Of a DNA stretch of 64,000 nt, positions 1 through 7,894 are shown piece after piece. Made by a program: the position numbers and the translations under genes. The notes below the pieces were generated by a model. That model was not told the origin of the DNA. It worked only from the letters and a program-made list of their open reading frames with translations, and did no database searches. The stretch's first letter is position 1. The number at the start of each line of letters is the position of its first letter. The DNA lies in the NCBI GenBank assembly GCA_035493495.1, contig DATJIG010000074.1:8600-72599 (forward strand), read 5' to 3'. Source of the DNA: Alphaproteobacteria bacterium (GTDB taxonomy: Bacteria > Pseudomonadota > Alphaproteobacteria > SMXQ01).

Positions 1-45
1 ACGGCTGTCGATCATCGCCGAGTAAGCGGCGATCGATTTAATCTA

Positions 46-60
46 TCCCATAATATGGGA
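46..60. promoter_or_regulatory. Candidate operator palindrome TCCCATA-A-TATGGGA in the AT-rich leader upstream of the first operon
   Basis: Perfect 7-bp inverted arms at 46-60. Related words CGATTTAATCT (34-44) and CGATTTATAATCT (113-125), plus a TGGGAT half-site at 133-138. The region is locally AT-rich and lies about 120 nt upstream of the start at 182. Confidence 0.3.
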
Positions 61-181
61 ATCAGGAGCATCCGCTGAAAACAGCGATTACAGCCACATC
101 ATCGGGCGATAGCGATTTATAATCTCGCGTGATGGGATTAGTATCAGAGCTCGACCCCGAACGGCCCAACGGCATGATCCG

Positions 182-1465
182 ATGACGGAACGCCGCCCTT
201 ACATCGTCGATGATCCCGCGCGCGGCGTGTTCCGGCTCAACCGCGAGGTGCTGGTCTCGGACGAGGTCTTCCGGCTCGAGAGTGAGCGGGTGTTCGGCCG
301 CTCGTGGATTTACGTCGGGCATGCGTCCGAAGTGCCGAACCCGGGCGACTTCCGCGCTCGCATCGTCGCCGGCCGCCCGGTCATTTTCTGCCGCAGCGAC
401 GCGGGGGACATCCGCTGCTTCCTCAACACCTGCCGCCATCGCGGCGCCACCGTGTGCCGCGAGGCGAGCGGCAACGCGCGGCGCTTCCACTGCCTCTATC
501 ACGGCTGGGCCTACGGCAACGACGGGCATCTCGCGGTGGTGCCCGGCGAGAACGCCTACCCCGAATCGTTCGCCCGGGGCGAGCTCGGATTGCGCGCGCC
601 GGCGCGCTTCGAGTGCTACCGCGACTTCTGGTTCATGTGCCTCGACGAGACCGCGCCGGCGCTGATCGACTATCTCGGCGAGGCCGCGTTCTACATCGAC
701 CTCGTCGTCGACCAGTCGCCGAGCGGCCGCATGCAGGTGATCCAGGGCACGCAGGAGTACGACGTCCGCGCCAACTGGAAGCTGATGGTCGAGAACAGCG
801 TTGACGACTACCACCTGCCGTCGACCCACGCGACATGGCTGACCTACATGGCCAACTCCGGGGTCGATGTGAGGCCGAAGCTCGACCAAGGCCTCGTGCT
901 GCCGGCGCGCGGCGGCGCGATCGATCTCGGCAACGGCCACTTCTCGACCGACAACGTCAACTATCGTGGCCGTCCGGTCGCCTCGTGGATCCCGCTCTAT
1001 GGCGAATTGGCCAAGGCCGAGATCGCCGACATCAAGAGCGAGCTGGTCGCGCGCCTCGGCGAGGAGCGAGCGGCGCGGGTCGCCGGCACCAACCGCAATC
1101 TGGTGATCTTTCCGAACCTCGTCATCAACGACGGCTCGTCGGTGACGATCCGCACATTCTATCCGACCGCGCCCGACCGGATGCAGGTGACAGCATGGGC
1201 GCTCGGCCCGGTCGAGGAAAGCGCGAGTGCCCGGGCGCGTCGTCTCGATTCCTTTCTGACGTTCTACGGTCCTGGCGGATTCGCGACACCCGACGACGTC
1301 GAAGCGCTCGAGATGGTGCAGCAGGGACTGTCCAATTGGACCGACGATCCGTGGTCGGAGATGTCGCGCGGCATGGGCAAGCCGGCGAACGAGCAGCTCA
1401 ACAGCGACGAGCACCACCTGCGCACGTTCTGGCGGCGCTGGAATACGCTCATGGAGGCATCATGA
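182..1465 (+). CDS. Aromatic ring-hydroxylating (Rieske non-heme iron) dioxygenase, alpha subunit
   Basis: 427-aa ORF. Rieske [2Fe-2S] motif CRHRG...CLYHGW and mononuclear-iron motif NSVDDYHLPSTH. Its stop overlaps the start of the beta-subunit gene (ATGA). Confidence 0.9.
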   Translation: MTERRPYIVDDPARGVFRLNREVLVSDEVFRLESERVFGRSWIYVGHASEVPNPGDFRARIVAGRPVIFCRSDAGDIRCFLNTCRHRGATVCREASGNARRFHCLYHGWAYGNDGHLAVVPGENAYPESFARGELGLRAPARFECYRDFWFMCLDETAPALIDYLGEAAFYIDLVVDQSPSGRMQVIQGTQEYDVRANWKLMVENSVDDYHLPSTHATWLTYMANSGVDVRPKLDQGLVLPARGGAIDLGNGHFSTDNVNYRGRPVASWIPLYGELAKAEIADIKSELVARLGEERAARVAGTNRNLVIFPNLVINDGSSVTIRTFYPTAPDRMQVTAWALGPVEESASARARRLDSFLTFYGPGGFATPDDVEALEMVQQGLSNWTDDPWSEMSRGMGKPANEQLNSDEHHLRTFWRRWNTLMEAS

Positions 1466-1989
1466 GCACGGTGTCGACCCGCACTGCCGCGCCGCATGCC
1501 ATGGACTCCGCGATCACGCGCGAGGACGTCGAATCGTTCCTGTACCTGGAGGCGGAGCTGCTTGACGAGTGGCGCCTCGACGAGTGGCAGTGCCTGCTGA
1601 CCGACGATGCGATCTATCGCGTGCCTTCGAACGACTGCCTGGATGGCTCGCCCGAGGACAGCCTTTTCATCATCGCCGACGATCGCGAGCGCATCCGTCA
1701 GCGGGTGCTGCGGGTCCAGAACGCGAGCTGCCACGCCGAGTGGCCGCACTCGCGGACCCAGCGCACCATCACCAACGTGCGGATCGCGAAAGTCGACGGC
1801 CCGCTCATCCACGTGGCCGCGAATTTCGTCTGCCATCGCTTCCGCCGGCCGCGCCGCAGCTATCAGTACGTCGGATCGCTGCGTTACGTGCTGGTGCACA
1901 CGCCGAGCGGTCTGCTCATCCGCGAGCGTCATGTCCGCCTCGCGTCTCACGAACTCGGCGAATTGGGGTCGGTCAGCTTCATCTTGTGA
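1462..1989 (+). CDS. Ring-hydroxylating dioxygenase, beta (small) subunit
   Basis: ATG at 1462 lies in the frame of track ORF 835..1989 and overlaps the alpha stop by 4 nt. The roughly 175-aa product (FLYLEAELLDEWRLDEW...) has the NTF2-like small-subunit size and position. Confidence 0.8.
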   Translation: MSTVSTRTAAPHAMDSAITREDVESFLYLEAELLDEWRLDEWQCLLTDDAIYRVPSNDCLDGSPEDSLFIIADDRERIRQRVLRVQNASCHAEWPHSRTQRTITNVRIAKVDGPLIHVAANFVCHRFRRPRRSYQYVGSLRYVLVHTPSGLLIRERHVRLASHELGELGSVSFIL

Positions 1990-2066
1990 CGTGCGGCACG
2001 CCGCCGGCGCAATCCCGCAGGCCGGCGCGCGGAGTGAAAAGAAGCGGGGAACAGGGAGACCGGGTC

Positions 2067-2915
2067 ATGGTTCATATGAGCGCCGGAGACAAGTTCCGCC
2101 CTCAGGGCGAAGCGCCGCGACATTCCGGCGCGGTCTCGGGATTCAGTCACCTCATCATCGAGGTCACGGATCTCGATCGCTCGGAGAAGTTCTACCAGGA
2201 CGTCTTCGGCCTCGACGTCATCGGCCGGGACCTGCTGAGCGAGATCGGGCCGAACTCGACGCTGGCGTTCAACACGCGACATCGCTTCGTCCTCGTCCAG
2301 GTGCCCGCGACCCAGCCGTTCCGGAAGAACAGCAGCAGCATCCATCACGCCGTCTGGCTGACGCCTGAGCAGTTCGATCGCGCCGAGGCTCGCCTGAAGG
2401 AGCGCGGCTATGACATCGGCGACAACCGCGCCCAGTTCCGCCCGCTCGGCGAGCGCAGCATCGACATCTTCGACCCCGACGGACACCGCTACCAGGTCCA
2501 GTGCTTCGGGCCGGAATCGACGGCGATCATTGTCGAGAACGTCGGCGAGGTGAATTGCGGCAATGTCGCCGATTACGCGCCCGGCGCGGTCAAAACCTTC
2601 ATGAAGGGCAAGTTTTTCGTCATCCGGCACGCCGAGGGCTTCATCGCGCTGTCGCGCTGGTGCACCCACAAGAACGGACTGCTCGCCTATCAGCCCGAGC
2701 ATTGGCGCTTCTACTGCCCGATGCACGGCGCGACCTACAACCGCAAGGGCGAGAGCATCTCGATGTGCCGCGATCTCGCGCCGATGCGCCAGCATCCGCT
2801 GTCGATCGCGAGCGATGGCACGATCACAGTGCGGCCCGACGAGGTGATCCGGCGCGAGACATTCGACGTCGGCCAGCTCACCGCGTGCGCCGCCGAGCCC
2901 GCGACGGCGGGCTGA
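2067..2915 (+). CDS. Fusion protein: N-terminal VOC/glyoxalase-fold domain + C-terminal Rieske [2Fe-2S] ferredoxin domain
   Basis: ATG at 2067 in the frame of ORF 1569..2915. N-terminal half FSHLIIEVTDLDRSEKFYQDVFGL...DIFDPDGHRYQV is VOC-like. C-terminal half carries CTH-x15-CPMH, a Rieske ferredoxin motif. Confidence 0.75.
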   Translation: MVHMSAGDKFRPQGEAPRHSGAVSGFSHLIIEVTDLDRSEKFYQDVFGLDVIGRDLLSEIGPNSTLAFNTRHRFVLVQVPATQPFRKNSSSIHHAVWLTPEQFDRAEARLKERGYDIGDNRAQFRPLGERSIDIFDPDGHRYQVQCFGPESTAIIVENVGEVNCGNVADYAPGAVKTFMKGKFFVIRHAEGFIALSRWCTHKNGLLAYQPEHWRFYCPMHGATYNRKGESISMCRDLAPMRQHPLSIASDGTITVRPDEVIRRETFDVGQLTACAAEPATAG

Positions 2916-2933
2916 AGCGAAAGGGAGGACATC

Positions 2934-3401
2934 ATGGCGGAAATGCAAAGCCTCAATCACAGCGCGATCTGCGTTCACGACCTTCAGGAAGCCGAGGACT
3001 TCTACTGCGGCATCCTCGGCGCCAAGGCGATCAGCGCCACCGACTTCGTCACCGAGGACGTGCTCAAGGGACGGTCGCTGCACCGCGCCATCCTGCTCGA
3101 GGACTACCTGATCGCATTGATGCTGGCCCGCGACTTCATGCCGATGCCGCCGGACCAGCAGATCCGCGGCGCCCACGGCTTCCGCCACGCCTTCGCGGTG
3201 CCCCACGAGCGCTTCGACGCGCTTCAGTCGCTGCTCAAGGCCGAGGGCGTGGCCTTCGAGGGGCCGGTCGAGCACTCGCCGCGCGGTCCGTTCGGTGCGT
3301 CGATCTACGTCAAGGACCCGAGCGGCAACTTCCTCGAGTTCGTCTGGCGGCGTGACGAGATCGTCGCCTACGATCAGGTTCTGGGAATCGGGGAGGGCTG
3401 A
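2934..3401 (+). CDS. VOC family protein (glyoxalase/bleomycin-resistance/extradiol-dioxygenase fold), single module
   Basis: 155-aa ORF. LNHSAICVHDLQEAEDFYCGILGA ... IYVKDPSGNFLEF is the typical VOC beta-alpha-beta-beta-beta signature. Confidence 0.75.
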   Translation: MAEMQSLNHSAICVHDLQEAEDFYCGILGAKAISATDFVTEDVLKGRSLHRAILLEDYLIALMLARDFMPMPPDQQIRGAHGFRHAFAVPHERFDALQSLLKAEGVAFEGPVEHSPRGPFGASIYVKDPSGNFLEFVWRRDEIVAYDQVLGIGEG

Positions 3402-3402
3402 C

Positions 3403-4344
3403 GTGTCGACATCCCTTGCCGAGGCGACCGTCGCCGCGCCTGCACGTCTCATCGGGCTCGGCTATATCGTGCTGCCGGTCGCCGATGCGGCCGCGGCCGG
3501 CGCCTTCTACAGCCGTGCCCTCGGGCTCCCTGCGCCTGCCTCCGACGTGCTGCCCTCCTGCGGCCGTCACGCGGCGCTCACGCTGCCGTCGGGCCAGCGA
3601 ATTGTCCTGGCTAAGATGCCGGGCTCTCGCGACGTTCGCGAGACCGGTGTTCACCACGGGCTGCGGGTTGCTCCGGACCGCCGCGACGCCATCGTCGAGG
3701 CGCTGACGAAGGACGGCATCGCAGTGCATCGCTATCGCGAGGACCGCGCCGCCGAGAGCGACGACAATTTCTATTTCCTCGACCGCGACGGCAACCGCAT
3801 CCAGCTCGTCGCGTCGGCATCGACGTCGGGCGCGAAGGGCGTCGCGGCCATCGACCATACCGCCGTGCTCAACTTCGACATGCTGTGGGCCGAGCAGTTC
3901 TACGGCAAGGTCCTCGGCCTCAACGCCGAGAGTCGCTACGGCGTCCGCACGTCCGATCATTCGCGGGCGCGGAAATGGGCAGCGGGGCAGGAGGAGATGG
4001 CACCGGGCACGCGGCGCCTCGACAAGCTCTACATGACCATGGGCGGGCAGAACGAAGTGGCTCGCGCCAACATGCAGGCCTACTACCAACTCGGTGACGG
4101 CGTGCTCGGCGTCTACCTCGCGACGCAGCATTACCAGGAGCCGCCCGAGGAGCAGCTCGTCGGCCTGCCGCGAACGGCGTTCGCGATCTCGCGCCAGGGT
4201 CTCGAGCAACTTGCCGAACGGCTGACGGCGGCGCGGTGGGCCTTCGCCGGCCCGGTCGCGCATCCGGTTGGGAGTCCGATCGCCGCCTCGCTCCACTTCA
4301 AGGATGCGTCGAGCAATTTCCTGGAGGCTTACGCGCCGCGCTAG
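3403..4344 (+). CDS. Two-module VOC family protein, possible type I extradiol ring-cleavage dioxygenase
   Basis: GTG at 3403, 1 nt after the preceding stop, in the frame of ORF 3295..4344. Two VOC-like halves: GLGYIVLPVADAAAAGAFY...FYFLDRDGNRIQL and IDHTAVLNFDMLWAEQFYGKVLGL...LHFKDASSNFLE. Confidence 0.65.
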   Translation: MSTSLAEATVAAPARLIGLGYIVLPVADAAAAGAFYSRALGLPAPASDVLPSCGRHAALTLPSGQRIVLAKMPGSRDVRETGVHHGLRVAPDRRDAIVEALTKDGIAVHRYREDRAAESDDNFYFLDRDGNRIQLVASASTSGAKGVAAIDHTAVLNFDMLWAEQFYGKVLGLNAESRYGVRTSDHSRARKWAAGQEEMAPGTRRLDKLYMTMGGQNEVARANMQAYYQLGDGVLGVYLATQHYQEPPEEQLVGLPRTAFAISRQGLEQLAERLTAARWAFAGPVAHPVGSPIAASLHFKDASSNFLEAYAPR

Positions 4345-4388
4345 GCGAGCAAACCGCGTTTCAACAAAAAATAGAATTGGGGAGCTTC

Positions 4389-5606
4389 ATGACCGAGTTG
4401 TTGCCATATCCGCGCTTTTCGATCGCGGAACGCGATCGCCGCTGGGCCGCTGTTCGCAAGCTGATGCGCGAGCAGGGCATCGACATCATCGTCGCGCCCA
4501 GCAACACCGGTCACTCAACCGACTTCCAGGCCAACGCGCGCTATCTGAGCCATGTCGGCGGCGGCGGCGATGCCGATATCGCGGTGGTGTTTCCGCTTGA
4601 AGGCGAGGTGACGGCGGTGGCGACGACCGCCAAGCCGCGCTGGCCCTGCGTGCAGGATTGGGTCACCGACGTGCGCGAGGCGCGCCGCGCCTACGGCCGT
4701 GCCTCCGTCGAGCGCCTGAAGGAACTCTCGGCCGACGGCAAGCGCATTGGCATCGCTGGCCTCGGTGCAGGTACGCGCACGCCCGAAGGGACCATCCTCT
4801 ACGGCTTCTGGAAGGCCATGCGCGATTCCTTTCCGAACGCGGAATTCGTCGATGCGACCGCTCTCCTCGACGAGGTCCGGTTCGTCAAGAGCGAGGAGGA
4901 GATCGCGGCTCTCCGTAAGTCGACCCAGATCATCGAGAAGGGCGTCGAGGCCAAGATCGCCCACGCCAAGCCCGGCGTCATCGACTGGGTCGTCTGGGCC
5001 GAGGCGATGGCGGCGATGATGCGCGCCGGTTCGGAGATACCGGTGCATCAGCACTGGCTCTCGGGCAAGGATCCGATCCGTACGCTGACGCGGCCGACGT
5101 TCCGTCCGCTGGAGCGCGGCGACCTGATCATCGACGAGCTGGAAGCCTCGTGGATCGGCTACCGCTCGCAGATCGTGCAGCCGGTGTTCGTCGGCGTCGC
5201 CAATCCCATCCATGTCGAGCTGATGAAGGTCCAGCGCGACGTGTTCAACGTGGTGACGGAGAAGCTTCGGCCGGGAACCACGGTGCGGGAAATCTCGGAA
5301 ATGACCGAGCAGGCCGGCGCCAAGGCGCGGCCCAAGAGCGGTCCGGCGGCCGATTGTGAGGTCAAGCTGACGATGCATGGCCGCGGCGCCGGCGACGACG
5401 GTCCGATCATCACCGATCAGTCGCGCAATGCGCGCGACCTCGATGCGGCGATCAAGGAGAACATGGTGCTGATCATGAAGCCGTCGGTGGAGACGCCCGC
5501 CGGCCGCCCGAAGTCGATCTGCACCTGGGGCGACACCGTCGTCATCCGGAAAAGCGGCGTTGAGCGTCTTGGGACGTTCAAGCACGACCTCGCCGTGTCG
5601 ACGTGA
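4389..5606 (+). CDS. Peptidase M24-fold protein (creatinase / Xaa-Pro peptidase-like, with creatinase-type N-terminal domain)
   Basis: ATG at 4389 in ORF 4236..5606. N-terminus RFSIAERDRRWAAVRKLMREQGIDIIVAPSN is typical of the creatinase/prolidase N-domain. The C-terminal pita-bread region includes VRFVKSEEEIAALRKS. Confidence 0.65.
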   Translation: MTELLPYPRFSIAERDRRWAAVRKLMREQGIDIIVAPSNTGHSTDFQANARYLSHVGGGGDADIAVVFPLEGEVTAVATTAKPRWPCVQDWVTDVREARRAYGRASVERLKELSADGKRIGIAGLGAGTRTPEGTILYGFWKAMRDSFPNAEFVDATALLDEVRFVKSEEEIAALRKSTQIIEKGVEAKIAHAKPGVIDWVVWAEAMAAMMRAGSEIPVHQHWLSGKDPIRTLTRPTFRPLERGDLIIDELEASWIGYRSQIVQPVFVGVANPIHVELMKVQRDVFNVVTEKLRPGTTVREISEMTEQAGAKARPKSGPAADCEVKLTMHGRGAGDDGPIITDQSRNARDLDAAIKENMVLIMKPSVETPAGRPKSICTWGDTVVIRKSGVERLGTFKHDLAVST

Positions 5607-5623
5607 GCGCGACGGAGAGCAAG

Positions 5624-6748
5624 ATGCGGACCTCACACAGCGTTCTCGGGTCGATCGCCGGACTGGCGATCACCCTGCTCCTGGCCGGACAGGCGGTCGC
5701 CGCGGGAGATCTTCCCGCAGCGACAAAGAAGTATCTCGCCGACATCAAACTGTCGCCCGACGTCATGAACGGGCTGGCCGAAGACCTTGCGGTTCCGCAG
5801 GGCTGGCTCGACGGCGCCGACAAGGAGGGGACCGTCGGCGTACTGGGCACGTGGAACCAGAAGGAGTTCTCGATCCTCAACGCGCCGTTCGCCCAACGCT
5901 ACCCGAAGATCAAGGTGGTCTACGGCGAAGCGGCGACGATGAACTCGCGGGCGGTCGCGCCGCTCGTCGCGTTCAAGCAGGGGCAGTACCTCGCCGACAT
6001 CATCACCGGGTTCGGCGGCGCGGCGGTCGAGTTCAAGGCCAACAACGCGCTCGAGGACATGACGAAGCTGCCGGGCTTCAAGAACCAGGTCGACGGCGCC
6101 AACGACCCCGACGGCAAATGGGCGGCGCTGCGGCTGCGCTACTGGTGCATCGGCTACAACACCAGCCTGGTGAAGGAGTCGGAGCTTCCCAAGACCTGGG
6201 AGGACCTGCTCGAGACGCCGGTGCTGCGGAACGGCAATCTCGGCATCGGCAACCGGCCGCAGCTCTGGGTGCTGATGCTGCGCACTGCCAAGGGAAAGGA
6301 ATGGACCGAGGAGTACCTGAAGAAGTTCTTCACCGTGGTGAAGCCGCAGTTCCGCAACGAAGGCATGGACGCGCTGCTGGCCATCATGACGGCGGGCGAG
6401 GTCCACGCCGCGCTGCCGGTCGCCGAGTACAGCGCCAAGGGGTTGGAGATGAAGGGCGCGCCGGTAAGTTGGCACTGCCCCGAACCGGTGCCGTTCGCGC
6501 CGTCGCAGCTCGGCATCCTCGCCGGCAACCCGCACCCCAATGCCGCGCGGGTGTGGACCAACTGGATGCTCAGTCGCGAAGGGCAACTCGCGCAGTTCAC
6601 CGCCGAGGGCTCGCCGCCGTCCCACAAGGCGCTGCAGACCAAGGAGTTCATCGTCTATGCCGACCAGATCGTCGGCCGCCCGGCGATTCAGGCCAATGAG
6701 GCCTACCTGCGCGAGGTCTACGACATGTGGCAGAAGTATTGGAAGTAA
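5624..6748 (+). CDS. ABC transporter periplasmic substrate-binding protein (family-1 / Fe3+-type solute-binding fold), paralog 1
   Basis: ATG at 5624 gives a signal-peptide-like N-terminus (MRTSHSVLGSIAGLAITLLLAGQAVAA). Co-linear with and clearly homologous to the next gene. Followed by an ABC permease. Confidence 0.75.
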   Translation: MRTSHSVLGSIAGLAITLLLAGQAVAAGDLPAATKKYLADIKLSPDVMNGLAEDLAVPQGWLDGADKEGTVGVLGTWNQKEFSILNAPFAQRYPKIKVVYGEAATMNSRAVAPLVAFKQGQYLADIITGFGGAAVEFKANNALEDMTKLPGFKNQVDGANDPDGKWAALRLRYWCIGYNTSLVKESELPKTWEDLLETPVLRNGNLGIGNRPQLWVLMLRTAKGKEWTEEYLKKFFTVVKPQFRNEGMDALLAIMTAGEVHAALPVAEYSAKGLEMKGAPVSWHCPEPVPFAPSQLGILAGNPHPNAARVWTNWMLSREGQLAQFTAEGSPPSHKALQTKEFIVYADQIVGRPAIQANEAYLREVYDMWQKYWK

Positions 6749-6753
6749 AAATA

Positions 6754-7893
6754 ATGGCTTACCGGTCGTCTTTACGATCCGGAATGAAGATACAGGGGGC
6801 GTTGGCGGCCGCCCTGATGCTCGGCTCGTGGCTCGGCACGGCCTCGGCCGCCGAGCTTCCGGCCGCGACGGCCAAATACCTTCAGCAGGCGCATCTCTCC
6901 GCCGACATCATGAAGGGGATCGATCAGGAGCTCGCGGTCCCCGAGGACTGGATCGCGGGCGCGCGGCGCGAAGGCACCGTGCGGATCATCGGCGAATGGG
7001 ATCCCAAGCAGTTCGCCATCATCAACGCCCCGTTCGCCGAGCGTTATCCCTGGCTCAAGGTCGTTCACACCCAGGCCAGCACGATGAATGCCCGCGCGGT
7101 GGCGCCGCTGGTCGCGTTCAAGCAGGGGCAATACATCGCCGACATTGTCACCGGGTTCGGCGGCGCGGTCCCGGACTACAAGAAGGAAAACGCGCTGGTC
7201 GATCTCAGCGCGCTGCCCGGTCTCGCGAATGCGATCGACGGCGTCAACGACCCCGACAACGGCTGGGCGGGCATCAAGGCGCGCTACTGGTGCATGGCCT
7301 ACAACACCCGGGCGGTGAAGACCGAGGACCTGCCGGCCACCTGGGAAGATCTGCTGACCAATCCGGTGTGGCGGAACGGCGAGATCGGCATCGGCAATCG
7401 CCCCCAGCTCTGGGCGCTCATGCTGCGCAACGCCAAGGGGCGCGAGTGGCTCGACGACTACCTCAAAAAGTTTTTCGATGTGCTCAAGCCGCAGTTCCGC
7501 GGCGAGGGCATGGAGGCGGTGCTCGGCATCATGGTGGCGGGCGAGTTCAATGCGATCCTGCCGGCGGCGGCCGACACGGTGCGCGCGTTCGAGAACAAGG
7601 GCGCGCCGATCAGCTGGCATTGTCCTGATCCGGTGCCGTTCCTGGCGACGCAGATGGGCATTCTCGCCGGCAACCCGCACCTCAACGCCGCCAAGATGTG
7701 GGCGAACTGGATGCTGAGCCGCGAGGCCCAGCTCGGACAATTCATCGCCGAAGGCAGCCCGCCGGTGAACAAGGCGCTGCAGGTGCCGGAGCTCACCGTC
7801 TATCCCGAGAAGACGATCGGGCGTCACCTGGTGCAGGGCCGGGAGGAGCAGGTGCCCGAGGTGTATGCGATGTGGCGGCAGTACTGGAAGTAG
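6754..7893 (+). CDS. ABC transporter periplasmic substrate-binding protein, paralog 2 (tandem duplicate)
   Basis: ATG at 6754, 5 nt after the previous stop. Signal-like ALAAALMLGSWLGTASAA. Long identical blocks with paralog 1, such as RAVAPLVAFKQGQY, IGIGNRPQLW and NWMLSRE. Confidence 0.75.
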   Translation: MAYRSSLRSGMKIQGALAAALMLGSWLGTASAAELPAATAKYLQQAHLSADIMKGIDQELAVPEDWIAGARREGTVRIIGEWDPKQFAIINAPFAERYPWLKVVHTQASTMNARAVAPLVAFKQGQYIADIVTGFGGAVPDYKKENALVDLSALPGLANAIDGVNDPDNGWAGIKARYWCMAYNTRAVKTEDLPATWEDLLTNPVWRNGEIGIGNRPQLWALMLRNAKGREWLDDYLKKFFDVLKPQFRGEGMEAVLGIMVAGEFNAILPAAADTVRAFENKGAPISWHCPDPVPFLATQMGILAGNPHLNAAKMWANWMLSREAQLGQFIAEGSPPVNKALQVPELTVYPEKTIGRHLVQGREEQVPEVYAMWRQYWK

Positions 7894-7894
7894 A

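Noticed and set aside
62-1417. 451-aa ORF on the minus strand
   Set aside because: It lies exactly antisense to the well-supported Rieske alpha-subunit gene. Its Arg/Ala/Val/Asp-rich composition with no motifs is typical of open antisense frames in GC-rich DNA.
835-5606. Long N-terminal extensions of track ORFs (835..1989, 1569..2915, 3295..4344, 4236..5606; likewise 23792..25375, 39716..41374, 43668..44639 and 58686..60398)
   Set aside because: The extensions overlap the preceding genes in other frames and are Arg/Pro-rich. Internal ATG/GTG starts next to the upstream stop or after a Shine-Dalgarno give products of family-typical length, so I trimmed them.
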